A stretch of 64,000 bases of DNA, from NCBI GenBank assembly GCA_002633005.1, contig NMRA01000229.1:481505-545504 (forward strand), read 5' to 3'. Each line of letters begins with the position of its first letter. Within the stretch, counting starts at the first letter, position 1. Shown piece after piece: positions 24,731 to 36,860 of this stretch. This DNA is from Phoronis australis (Eukaryota > Animalia > Phoronida). A program made the translations under genes and the position numbers. Under the pieces are notes generated by a model. That model did no database searches and was not told the origin of the DNA. It was given only the letters and a program-made list of their open reading frames with translations.

Positions 24731-25620
24731 AGGTTTGCGTTCTAGAAATCCTTTTCTGCTTAATGACCTGGTGCTATTTTCAAGCCCCCATCGCATCCTG
24801 TACAAACGATCTGTCGGTAATAATAAACATCTACGACGCAGTTTCAAAAGTTATTAATTATTCGAATATGTGGTGACATGCAGAACAGGTTTTCCACAGT
24901 TAAAGTGACTACAAACCCAACCTACCGCATGAAAAACTACTTTGTATTTAGACTATTTACCGTTATGAAAATGATCTCAAATTGTTCCTCATTCTCAGTG
25001 GGTGCGATTTCTGGTCTTGTAAAAAACTGATCTTCCGAAATCGCTTTAGACAAATGTATAGTTGCCACTGACGGCTTGTCAGTTTATTTGCAAATGATAG
25101 TCTCGAGCAATGACGAACTGACAGTTCCTTAGACGATTAAAAATCATCTCTCATCCAAGAAAGGGATCAGTGGAGATTGATTTCATATCGGTAAATTGTC
25201 AAAATTAAAAAGGTTATTTTCGTCGATGAAACGCGGTTTGGTTGCCGCTCTGAGAATTAGTGTTCAAAAATCACAAAAAAATCTGACCGACAGCACTTCG
25301 CTGAGAATAATTTGACTCCGGAGCAAATAGCATTTTTAGATTCTTTGAAAGCAAGCCGTAGCGTACAGGTTGCGAGAATATTCGTTCGCACGTGCACGTA
25401 CATGCACAAGTGAACATCATTCATTTGGCGTCTGATCAGAAGGCAAATCGAACGTATGATCCGCCGTCTGAACAAATCACATGTGATCGCCCGTCAGACG
25501 TCTGGTGAGTCTTGTTATCGTCCGACCCAAAATCAGATGCTAGGGTTACGTCTTGCTTCGTCACGGTTATTGTATGTGATTGCCCAGAATGCTGGGTCTT
25601 CCCTCATTAATGTTATGCTA

Positions 25621-25939
25621 CATAAGCGGATTTTGGGGGGCTGCCCCCCCCCCNCCCTTGGCTGGTGTAAGCAAACTTAAACAGCAACAGCGTGAAGAAA
25701 TATCGAGTGCACCAACTTGGAACGGCAGCGGGGGGCCAAACCGCGGAGGAATCGTGGTCGTGGTTTTTTGATTTTTTATATTTTTTTAGTCTTCCGACAG
25801 AAATTGGGAACACCAGGTGCATATCACCGGCCCTGGAACTTTCGGGCCGCCTGTGCATACAATCGCGCTTTGTGCGCTTTGACCAATTCTTCGAAGCAAC
25901 ATATTGCTCCCCCCTTAAGGTATCCTAGATCCGCCACTC
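25621..25939. mobile_element. MITE with perfect 5-bp TSD TGCTA, ~200 bp upstream of the Sp paralogue A acceptor
   Basis: CATAAGCGGAT...AGATCCGCCACTC; TGCTA at 25616-25620 and 25940-25944. Confidence 0.75.
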
Positions 25940-26134
25940 TGCTAATTATAATAATACAGCAGATATGACGCCTTTGTGAACGCTTGCCTTAAGCAGTTGG
26001 TGTACCTTCTGAGCTGAGAGGATGTCCAGTTCTACTTTCTTTCTTTTAAAAAAATCCAATCGGGCCTTATGCTTCGCATCTATCTCAGCAATATTGACCA
26101 TCTTCATTCAACTGAACTTTAATTGACATTCTAG

Positions 26135-27097
26135 GATTATCCAGCCTCCAACCGAGAATCTCCCTTGGCCATGCTAGCGGCACAGTGCAGCAGAATTCCT
26201 TCATCAACGAGCAGTTGTTTGAATAAAGACGCCAAATTGTTTTTCCCGTGGAGAGATAGTGAATCCGCCTCCAGCCGCCTTAATGCAAGGAGTGATCTTG
26301 GGTCGTCAAAGGCATTTCCCCACTGCTCAACACTTCGTGATGAATCGTGTGGCTTGACGTATTCAACAAACGATTTTAATCTCGCACCCGAAGCTGACCA
26401 CCCGGTGGGCGTGCATTCTTTTCACACGCGCCGTTCCACTTATGACGCATGGCGTTATGCGCCATTAACTTGTGCTCCCACGGGAAGTTCATCAATCCGG
26501 GTCTTGCAGTCGTCACCACAGTCTTGTCTACGCGAAGGCTACGCTAACAGTGAATTTTCGAGTTATGGACGTGATGATATCTCCTACAACCAAAATGGTT
26601 TGAGTCAAATATTGTCTTCGTCATTACACGAGTACAAAACAATGTTCAAAGCACCTTCCCTGATCACAGCGCCTTCACCGTACTTTGAGTTTTACGAAGT
26701 ACGATCACCCAACCAATTTGTCCGCCGCGCCACCTGCGATTGCCCCAATTGCCAAGAAATGGAGCGCCTAGGGCAGAAAACATTGAATCTGCGAAAGAAA
26801 ATTTTCCATAATTGCCACATACCTGGATGCGGAAAGGTTTACAACAAAACCTCTCATCTTAAGGCCCACCTTCGTTGGCACACGGGCGAACGACCTTTTG
26901 TGTGTAATTGGTTGTTTTGTGGCAAACGTTTCACGCGCTCAGATGAACTGCAGCGACATCTGCGAACTCACACGGGTGAGAAAAGATTCGCTTGTCCTGT
27001 TTGCAACAAACGCTTCATGCGCAGTGACCACTTATCAAAACACGTGAAAACTCATGGAAACACAAAAGCAGCAGATGAGAAAGTAAACGACGATTGA
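26135..27097 (+). CDS. Sp6-9: Sp6-9 (Sp8/Sp9-like) C2H2 zinc-finger transcription factor, paralogue A, main exon
   Basis: Acceptor TTCTAG|GAT at 26134/26135; the in-frame TAG forces either splicing or use of ATG 26171. Sp box [18 protein letters not shown] and YDAW motifs, Btd box [16 protein letters not shown], and three ZFs near-identical to Sp8/9. Upstream exon not identified. Confidence 0.95.
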   Translation, partial: DYPASNRESPLAMLAAQCSRIPSSTSSCLNKDAKLFFPWRDSESASSRLNARSDLGSSKAFPHCSTLRDESCGLTYSTNDFNLAPEADHPVGVHSFHTRRSTYDAWRYAPLTCAPTGSSSIRVLQSSPQSCLREGYANSEFSSYGRDDISYNQNGLSQILSSSLHEYKTMFKAPSLITAPSPYFEFYEVRSPNQFVRRATCDCPNCQEMERLGQKTLNLRKKIFHNCHIPGCGKVYNKTSHLKAHLRWHTGERPFVCNWLFCGKRFTRSDELQRHLRTHTGEKRFACPVCNKRFMRSDHLSKHVKTHGNTKAADEKVNDD

Positions 27098-27659
27098 AAA
27101 ACGATTTACGAACAACATCGTTGATTGGTTTATGTTTTAAAAGAACTATCGAAGAGGCGCAATATGAGAGTCATTAGGTTGTGGAACGGAAATCGAGAAA
27201 TCAATTCCCCAATTCAATAGGGCCATCCCGGATTGCACAGCGACACTCGAATCTCGCTGTGTTTACCCACAATGCAGTAAACATCCGTCAAGCACATTTG
27301 CTGCCTCGTTTTCGTGCCACTAGAGTTTCACATATTATTTGTTGTTGTCTTTGCTCGGTTGCATTGCTCTATTCGTCCTGCCAATGTCAACGAAGTGTTA
27401 CTGCTGTGCTGTGTTCTGCTAATCCGACGTGAAAAAAGTTTAATAGAATAGATAAATACTCGTGGATGCGTGATCTGAAATTCTTCGCCTTCCCTACATC
27501 AGTGAGAGACACGAAAATGGAGCTGATTTACAAAACTAGGTCACGCGCTTTCTTAATTCTTAGACAAATGAGTTTTATCGCCGTGTAATCCGGAACGGCC
27601 GTATTGTCCAACCTCTCCACCCATCACTTCATTGGCATCCACTTTCTAGGATATGCCAG

Positions 27660-27715
27660 TGAGAGTGATTTTGCAAGTCTCGCAAGAGCATGCAAGAAAC
27701 CAGGTCTACGGAACG
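27660..27715 (-). repeat. Dispersed repeat fragment shared with ~7400-7460
   Basis: Its reverse complement GTTCCGTAGACCTGGTTTCTTGC..AGACTTGCAAAA matches GTTCCGAAGACCAGGTTTCTTGC..AGACTTCGCAAAA. Confidence 0.5.
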
Positions 27716-30700
27716 ATATATTGATTCGAGGGCACATTTAGTCTCACCTGAGCTGCAAAGAGCGTAGCAAGTGTAATTTACTTTATTCCGGGCTTTCCGC
27801 AACGCAACAACATTCTGGACCCCCGCCGTTCAACTCAGTGCATTAGATGATTCTGTCTCAAGACGAGTGCGTTGCCCTCAGATCTGATGGTCGTGTTTAA
27901 GTGATACACAAAAAGTCTCAATTAATCTTACTCGGATTGCTCTCCCTGCTTTCGAAAAATGTTGGACAATGCTTCCTCAACGAAGCACGTAGTGTGGTGG
28001 GAAAAGTGGAGCTTCATAATGTTCGTGTTTGCATGCCAAATATTGGTGCCTTTTTGTTAATAGTAAATGTTCGTCATATTAAGAAGCAGTTATAAAACAC
28101 AAAGGTTGAATATAAGTAGAAAAGTAATCAACATTGAAGAAAACGAAAAACGGCAACTTCACTATAACTTCTGTGAAAAAAGTACTGCATTTCGAGAAGT
28201 TGTTTTTATGCACACCTGTGCTTACATTGGTTTGCGATTGAGGACGTTCATCATTCCAGCCAAGCGCTTATTTTTTAAAATCAAATCGAAAGCACGTCGT
28301 CTAAATATCTTCTATTGTCATCAGTCTTGTACCTGCTTTACACGATAAAGCAACCTGAGCTCACCTTTTCTGACGACGGTGAACACGCACCTGTAGAGCT
28401 CACTTATATATGTTTTTCGTATAAGTGTTGGCAGGGATATTTTACACCCCCAGGGATATTTCGTCGTGTGGGTAATTTCTCCTGGGTTTCGTCGTCTCGG
28501 GAGGTATGTGAAAAAGCTGAGACCGGGGAATTTCTAGATTTTTATTATTTCTATCTCTTGAGGACTTTTCAAGTTCGCCGAGGTAATACATTGGTCCGAA
28601 TTTCGACTGTACGGGGCCAAGTGAAAGAAGGCCCCGAGTGACGCGTTTCCACAAGTCACCACATTTAGGTTGACAGAACTATGTGTACCCACCTTCTGAC
28701 AATAAACTAACGTTTAATCTAGACCAGTTGTCGTTATCAAATGGGTCTCAAAATTCCCCCATTCCAAATTAATAGTGATTTCTAGGCTTTGAAAAAGATG
28801 ATAGTTGGTAAGTGCTTCATCTAGGGCCAATTAAATAGGCTTGACACGGTGGGTCCTTTTAGGCATCAACCGTCACTTCAAATATCAGAGCGAATTACCA
28901 GCTCCTCAAAAGCCCAGAATTCTCTTCTTATCTGAGCCAGAGTCAAGACAAGACCAGGTTTAGTAGGCGTTCTATGTCTAGAATTAGTCTTTTTGTTGAA
29001 GGCAGATTCATATTACATGTAGCTTGACTACTCATTGTTCTCTTCACAAACAGAGGTTTAGAGTTAATGATTTTAAATACATGAATAAGTACAACGAAAC
29101 GTTGGCTAGTTCCTGCAAACCTTTCTGGTCTATATATTTTGCTTTATATGAGCTAACTAGACAATTGCTGTGAATTTACACCCGTAAGTATGTCCACTGA
29201 CCGTAAAATGCACATATATTAACATCAAGATTTATATTGCTTTTAAATTACACATCGCCATGACTTCGAATTAAACATCCGTTTGAGTGCAGATAGCGTG
29301 AAATTTAAAAGAATTAGCGTCTCCACCTTGATCTATGACTCATTTGAATGTTATCCATTTTTCAGAGGAATTGGAACTTCATCGCTATTATGATATATGA
29401 AATATTACTCACTTGTAAGACACATAAATTTAATTTTCACAGTTATGGCGCCAACTACTAATAGTTACTGCAATCGGTTCGGATTGGTTTTGAGTTTGTT
29501 CCCCTGTCAAACTGTCAAATTTATTTATAAGTTTCGTGTATTTATGGACTTAAAATTCAATAGAGGGAAACGTCTATCCTCTTTGTCAAAAAGTGATTGG
29601 TCAATATAATTAAATCGTCGCGATTTTGAACCAATTACTTTAGGTAGCTTACGTCTGCCATTTTAGTAACTGTAGCAAAAGAGGCTTTGGTGCTATTTGC
29701 GTAAATTTATTAATGAATTGGGCGATTTATCCATAACTGGTGTTCAGTATGGAAATGTTGTCGGTGGTATTAGTCGATTACCATGTATTTTGCCAAACGT
29801 ACCTTTGCAGTTTAGAAGACCAAGGGACAGGACTTATGCTGAAGCAGTCACCAGGTGGCGACTCTGCCTCGTCCACCAGTGTCGCTGGTTCCTTGCGTGC
29901 TCCTAGGTGGTCAGTAGCCACCACGCAGGTATCACTTAATTTTCCTCGGGAATTTTTTTTACATCGGCGTTTCTGATTGGATAGTCGAATTCTCAACAGG
30001 CAGCATTTTCCGCAAACAAAGTGGCATGACTGATAGACTGAAGTGTAAATGTGGTTTGTTGTACAGACAAATCTATGCTTAAAATTTATGTTCACTATGG
30101 AATGTGAATCACAGAAATTGTGGTTGCGGCTTTTTGGATTGCATCTTTCTACTGTCGATGACTTTTGTTTACGATACTATCCTGTATTCATACAGTATGA
30201 ATAAGACACAGGTTAAATCGGCCAGATATGTGTTTATTGTACATGTATGTGCTTCGAGCACGCTGCTATTAAACATCACTGCACAAACGAAATACTTGCT
30301 GCTACGCCACTTGCATGACAAGGCTAAAATCGTTCAAAGTCCGCCATTTCTTCACGGTGTTGTAACGCTAACCAATGCTAAAGCGCGTGCCACTGTGTGA
30401 TACCTGCGTGCTGGCTAGGCACATACGGGACTAGAGAGGTCCACCAGTCAGCTCACCTAGAATTGCCCAACGACGTGCCCTGAAAATCAATGATATTTCG
30501 TGAGTCCACTCAAAATTACTGGTAAAGGGAGTACTTACGAGTTAAGAAACCAAGAGATGTTATCGAAAGCAGAAATGGTCACGTGACTTTCCAGTTGATG
30601 CCCAACATTACAAGAGTATATATCACGCGTCTTTAGTTGAAAATACCCGCTTATTATTACATATGGAGACAATTAGATCGCATCTAAGTAAGACAATTCC

Positions 30701-31108
30701 CTTACATTTCGGTAGCACTTAATTTTTTTCCACTTTGGCCTCCCCTGGTAGGGTGAACGGAGGGAATACATTTTTTTGTTTCTACAACAAAACCACAACA
30801 TGTGAAACATAATTACATGTATATAAGCTCGTCTTCAATCTAAAAATCTTACATTTCAAGTGCCGAAAAAAGAGCAAAAATGCATAAAATTGTCAGCTTT
30901 CAACCCAAAACCACGACTCGCATGCAACTATATGGCACCAGCAGACAACGCAATCGGAATTCCAAAATTTGGGTAGACAATGAATGTCGATCAGACTGTT
31001 TCTTACTAGCCGGAAAATCTGAGGAGAGTAGCCGAATTTCCAGCCAAAAACCTGCCTTGCTCACAGGAAACAATAGAGTGTTTAAGAACAGCCACGATTG
31101 CAAGAAAG

Positions 31109-31342
31109 CTTGCGCGCACCCAGGGGTATCTCGCCCTCCCCCCCCCCCCGCCCCATTTGGCGAAGTGAGTAAAAAGGTCCCCTCACACAAACAAAAAGTC
31201 CGAGAAAACGAGACAAAAGTCCGCTAAAAAGGCGCAGCCGCACAGTCACAGACTTGAAGGTGGTCCTCCCGATTTTTTGTAAGCAAAAGGTCCACTTTGT
31301 CAGAGATTCAAGCCCCCGTGTTAGAGGCTGGGTGCGCGCATG
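31109..31342. mobile_element. MITE of the 5-bp TSD family
   Basis: TIRs CTTGCGCGCACCCAG / CTGGGTGCGCGCATG; flanks GAAAG / GAAAA. Confidence 0.7.
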
Positions 31343-32737
31343 GAAAAGAGGGCCAAGGTTGCAACAAACTGCATTTGTTCAAAAACATGTTTAAAAAGTA
31401 AACAAATGTCTTACGTACATGTAGCTACCACACTTCGAGTAATTCTCAAAATGTCCAGCCAATCCAGACAGCGGCATATTTTATATAAAATTGGGGCCTT
31501 CGATTGTGGGTCCAAAAAATCTTTCGAGTGTCACCTTACGTGCGTCGAAGGTGTACGTTTACCAATGTATATTGACCTCGATTGTTACCAAATAGCTCTC
31601 TGTTTTCTATGATTGGATCTGAATATAGGTGGCGCTGCACTAGTCAACGGTAACTCAGGAGGCCGCTCAGCAGTTTTGTCTGAAGTCGTCCGTCAACTTT
31701 TTATAAACGATTCCGAGATCTATGTCTCACCCAAGAGCCTGGGGCCCGCCTTCAAAGATGTCATGTACGAGTAAGCAATTGCTCAAGTTACGTATCACAA
31801 TGGCAGCCCATAATTTCACAAGTATCTTCATCGCCACTATCGCGAGGCAATCGTCGATGTCTTCTTCATCATTATGGTATTTTACATATGTCTGGTATTG
31901 GAACACCCTTTGAATACAGACCACTGTCATTGTCATGCAAAGATCAAAATGATGTTAACAATAAAAGTCTTATCAATAAAATTAGAAATCTCGGCCCACC
32001 GACCTTAACCTGCTGTGTTTGTAACATAACCATTGTATGATTTTCCCTGCCTGGCTTTCCGAGTCATTACAGCAGAAAGGACTTGCATGTTTTACGCAAA
32101 GTATTGAGACTAAAATAGGCCGTTTTTGACGTTCATTTATTCATTACGTAAGGAACTGTTTAATTACACAAACAAAAAGACGGATACATTTAGTTATTGC
32201 AACACCTGTGCGCTGGTTATATACCTTTGTCGTACGGTACTCGTTCTTAAAAGAAGTAAGCGAAAATTATAGGCCACGTACATCACCGGGCGAGTGCGCC
32301 CTCGCGTCTTCTGTATTTTAATTATGAAAGGGCGGAAACCTTGTGATTAGCGCTGCTAAATACCATTATTAAATGTTCTACATCTGTCCACTGATTCACG
32401 CACAACAGCGGCAAGGTATTGGCTCTTTTTAATACAAGAGCAAACAATTTGTTCCCCACTCACTATCACATAGTTCTAAATTGCTCGGCTGCGGCGAATA
32501 TTACATATGTAATGCTACTGTCGCTGTTGCTAATAGTTTTATTACAAGTTTATGATTCCCTTCGTTTCATTCACGACCTGTATCGTTATCATTATCAAAG
32601 CAGTGCCGTTACACTATCATTATCATTATCCTCGTCAATATTATATGTATCAGTACTATTGGTGCTGTTATTTAGATTTATTAAAACAGCAACTCAACGA
32701 CAATTCCTTGCATCTTTCATTTTTTTAAATTAAATGT

Positions 32738-32746
32738 ATATATACA

Positions 32747-32813
<67 letters not shown>
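32738..32813. repeat. (TA)n microsatellite
   Basis: Seen directly. Confidence 0.97.
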
Positions 32814-32814
<1 letters not shown>

Positions 32815-32815
<1 letters not shown>

Positions 32816-33490
32816 TTGCACTTTATCTCGCCGGTTATCTATGCATTTACAAAATGGATCCATTAAAGATCACTTTCAAACACTCCACAAACAGAAAATT
32901 TCTCGTTCAGATACATGTATTGTTGACAATACCATCGTCAGGTATTTAGAACGCGACTCCTTTCGTTTGAAAATTCTTGAAGCTTTAATAATAAAAGCTG
33001 GTAAACCTGACATAAATTCGCAAGATACTGGGTTCCATCGTACCTTGTCGTTAAATAAATAATGTCCATCTCTTGTAACACCTATGTATTTTATGAAATT
33101 TTACATCGTTTTATAGCACATTAATTCCCATGACAATTCCTTCTGTAATTGCGCTTTTGTATATGCTACATTATATTCGTGTTTAATGTCATTGTTCTTG
33201 TTTCATGTATCATACGCGATAGCGTTTATGATTTTAAATTTATTTGTCTTGGATGACTGAAGTCTAGTCCAAGTATAGCAACTGTTTTATTATGAAATGT
33301 ATTATACAGTGTCTTATTTTATATATAGTTCTCATGTATTTGTGTTCGTGATTCCACTACTATTTCAACTGCCATCTGAAGAAAAATATTTATGTAGACA
33401 ATACGAAAGTTTGTTGAACAAGCTATTTAAGGCCAGGAACAGCTTACTTTTCAATGAAACATGTATAAAAGATGGTCTGCTACCAAATTC
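32815..33490 (+). mobile_element. 5'-truncated Penelope-like retroelement: GIY-YIG C-terminus, pLTR, then ORF N-terminus
   Basis: HLQNGSIKDHF..H...RLKILEALIIKAGKPDINSQD (32841-33062) matches the GIY-YIG tail. It is followed by YESLLNKLFKARNSLLFNETCIKDGLLP (~33350-33490), typical of PLE ORF starts. It abuts (TA)n. Confidence 0.75.
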
Positions 33491-33960
33491 TAGTGTTTGG
33501 TATATAGGCGTATGCCTTCAGAGTTCTTCGTCTTATCGTCATGACAATTCAACCTACTTGACATATTTGGTCTATGCCAGTAACTATATCTCAGACCCTT
33601 ATATTCGTCACTTGATTCTCCCAAAGCGAAGCGGTATAATTTATCTTATGAATTTTGCCTCATCAAGGATTTTTGGTTTTTGATCTCATCAGCGACATAA
33701 AAATAATCAACTTCTTTTCTAGTATGAAAAGTTTTATATTACATGACGTACGTGGGCCAGTGCTTTGTGGCACCTTCTTCATTCTGTAATTCCCTGACTT
33801 TTATTTCCGGCCAATATCAAAGTAACGTGGAATTCTTATCTTGTGGAGGTAGAAAATGCACTGTATTTGGGATACTTGTTTAATAATGTTCATGACATTG
33901 TTCTCGGCTTCCGCCTTTACGCCGATGAGTGTTGAAGTCAGAATACATGAACACTGTATG

Positions 33961-34145
33961 CATAGACGGATATAGGGGGGCCCAGGGGACCCGCCCCTCC
34001 CCTCCCCCCTTGGCTGCCGAAAAAATAAAACAACAAGAGCATGACGAAATGTTGAGTTTATTAATTAACCCCGGTAATTAAAATTATACGGCTGAAACAA
34101 GTTTTAACAGTGTGTGCAGCTTTAGTTTGCGTGAGCGTGTGTGTG

Positions 34146-34193
<48 letters not shown>

Positions 34194-35370
34194 TGTGGGA
34201 GGGGGGCTTCAGACCCGCTTTCAAGAGTCCGTTTGAGACAACCGGCGCAATCGTAACGGAGCTATAGCTAAGTAATGGCGCTCTCGGTCATTATGTGCGT
34301 GATATCCCAGGCGACCTGCAATGGCGCTGCGCACTAGCGGTCCGTTTCCGTCGTCTGCTCCACTGTGTAATGAAGAAAACTACTTTCATTTTTTTTTCTG
34401 AGTGACGATGAAGAAACAGAAGCTGCTGGTAAGATGTAAATTTTAATCGAGGCCTTAGTGAATCACTCAGAAACTCATAATTCTTTCTTTGTCAAACATT
34501 AAAATTAAGACTATTTCCAAAGCAATCGCGTCATTGGTTAATGCCAACACGAAAAACGGATTTGGTCCTTTGGGCAACACAGCAACTTTTGTCACGAACT
34601 GATTGCACAAAATATAAAGCATGTAATAAGCATTACAAAAAGAAACCGGTTTAGCGCGCAAACGCTGTTCACCATGAACAAGTATGTTTCTTTGTATCGA
34701 TATATAAGAAAAAGCACGGTGGTGCAATGGCAAAGCGAGCGCGGTTACGCAGACGAGTNAGAAACAGAAGCTGCTGGTAAGATGTAAATTTTAATCGAGG
34801 CCTTAGTGAATCACTCAGAAACTCATAATTCTTTCTTTGTCAAACATTAAAATTAAGACTATTTCCAAAGCAATCGCGTCATTCGTTAATGCCAACACGA
34901 AAAACGGATTTGGTCCTTTGGGCAACACAGCAACTTTTGTCACGAACTGATTGCACAAAATATAAAGCATGTAATAAGCATTACAAAAAGAAACCGGTTT
35001 AGCGCGCAAACGCTGTTCACCATGAACAAGTATGTTCCTTTGTATCGATATATAAGAAAAAGCACGGTGGTGCAATGGCAAAGCGAGCGCGGTTACGCAG
35101 ACGAGTCGTGAGTTGAAGTCCGTGAGAGTTTTTTTCCAGATGGACACGCTGTTTTTTGTTTTGTTTTATTTTTCTTTTTGATAGTACTTCAGGAGTCAAG
35201 GGAAATGCTTGTTTTTAGAGGCAAAAACAAAATTTTCTCCTGGGCTGGAGGGTGAAAGCCCCCCGACCTCCCCCATTCGGTGCTATTAGCGTCTACAATC
35301 GTGTTTTGCGCGATTACTTATGAGACAAAATCTTGCCCCCCCCCCTTATGATATCCTAGATCCGCCACTG
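33961..35370. mobile_element. ~1.06-kb non-autonomous element (1.4 kb as assembled) of the 5-bp TSD family
   Basis: CATAGACGGATATAGG / CCTAGATCCGCCACTG; flanks GTATG / GTTTG. Contains (GT)n(GCGT)n at ~34138-34197. Confidence 0.65.
34412..35106 (+). repeat. 347-bp direct duplication around a single N (likely unmerged contig overlap)
   Basis: 34412-34758 and 34760-35106 are nearly identical, with N at 34759. Confidence 0.9.
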
Positions 35371-35479
35371 GTTTGTTGGACATACATCATTCAAACAGTT
35401 AATATATCTTCTCAAACAACTGCATCCGACATACACGTACTTGACGACCGCACCGCTTTGGGCGGGACTGTCACGCTTT

Positions 35480-35860
35480 GTGAACCTGTGTCCCGTGTCT
35501 TGCCACAGCATTAAAATGTTCCGCTTTTTTGATACTAGTGTCGAAATTATTGTATACCCTGTGCTTCTCCCCACTAATCACCTTGATGTCTCTATTCCAT
35601 TTCACATGCGCGACCGACAAAAAATAAGAAAAAACGCTGTCGGAATTTCTCTTAGTGTTTTGCAGCATCCCCAGAAATAGAAAAGATATAACACTTTCCG
35701 CCACAGGTATAAGTCCTTGTGCTGACTTGGCTTGTCGTATGATTGTCTTTTCCCAAAGAATGCTTTGTCGTTCAGTATTTGCTTTAACGGGGAACTTGTG
35801 CGGTACAGTACCTGCAGTTTTAATGAAAATGACTGGTGGGACCCTGAAATCACGTACAAA
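35480..35860 (-). mobile_element. Decayed Penelope-like GIY-YIG endonuclease relic
   Basis: Frameshifted peptides YRTSSPLKQILNDK..KVLYLFYFWGC and HVKWNRDIKVISGEKH resemble the VVYxFxCxxC and HxIDWDxxKILxxE motifs. Confidence 0.4.
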
Positions 35861-36654
35861 TTTGGCTAACAGTGGAACTATTTTTCCCATAAATACCTGG
35901 TAGGATTCGTATCAAACTTTCAGTTACTAGGCTTTAAGCACTGTTATCCAAGATGGTGTGAGAAATTGTTTATTAAGTGTTCCACTTTTACACGAGACTC
36001 GATCAAAAACAGGACTGTTATTACAGAAAACTGTAATACCGTTGTTTAGATCTTCTCTTGAACATTCATATCAAATCAAATAATTATGATCATATTGTTA
36101 GTGTTGTGCTTGATTTGTTAACTGTGTGTCGTTCTCTTTTCTTAAATGTTATTAAAAGGACATGGTCACGTGATTAAATTATTGACAACTTGGTAAAAAG
36201 CAAAAAATGCCTTTCACAGGTTTTTTCTTTCAGAAAATACATATTTTAAATGAGTTAAATCTATAATTTTGTAGCCATTTAGTTAAACTCGCAGACTTAT
36301 CACTAAAATGTTACCTTACCTTACTAACTCTTTTTGCTTTTGTGATTAGATGTTCTTGAAATGTAAATCTTCCTTCATGCAGGAAAGTAGAATTATGCTC
36401 CCGAGAGCTTAGTGTATTTAAGTATTGTACTATAGTCCTGCTGAACATATTTTTTGTTTCATTATATTTGTATTTTAGATTAACTCGGTCATATATACAA
36501 CAATTATTAACGTCTGTTGTATTCTAATGTTGTTCATGTGTCAACTATTTAAAAAAAATATTTGATATTAGGTACGTCGTTACATTTGCCTCACGAACTT
36601 AAGGACCTAAAAACAATTACGGATAACCGTAATACACAATGCACATAAATTAAT

Positions 36655-36860
36655 ACGTTCGTACATCCTTACCTACATACTTACAGACATACACAAGTAC
36701 ATGCATATATACATACATATATACATACATACATACATACATACATACATACATGCACTGTACATAAATACATGTACATTCATACATACATACATACATA
36801 AATACATACATCCACACATACATACATCCACACATTCATGCATACGTACATACATACAAA
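36655..36860. repeat. (CATA)n microsatellite, imperfect
   Basis: Seen directly. Confidence 0.95.

Noticed and set aside
25456-25510. First coding exon for paralogue A (ATG 25456 to G|GTGAGT)
   Set aside because: The donor is phase 1, incompatible with the phase-0 acceptor at 26135.
26165-27097. Calling paralogue A Sp5/buttonhead because Sp5 often neighbours Sp6-9
   Set aside because: [23 protein letters not shown] and [27 protein letters not shown] are Sp6-9-type. It lacks the Sp5-type RRCRRCxCPNC Btd box and GKSFTRS.
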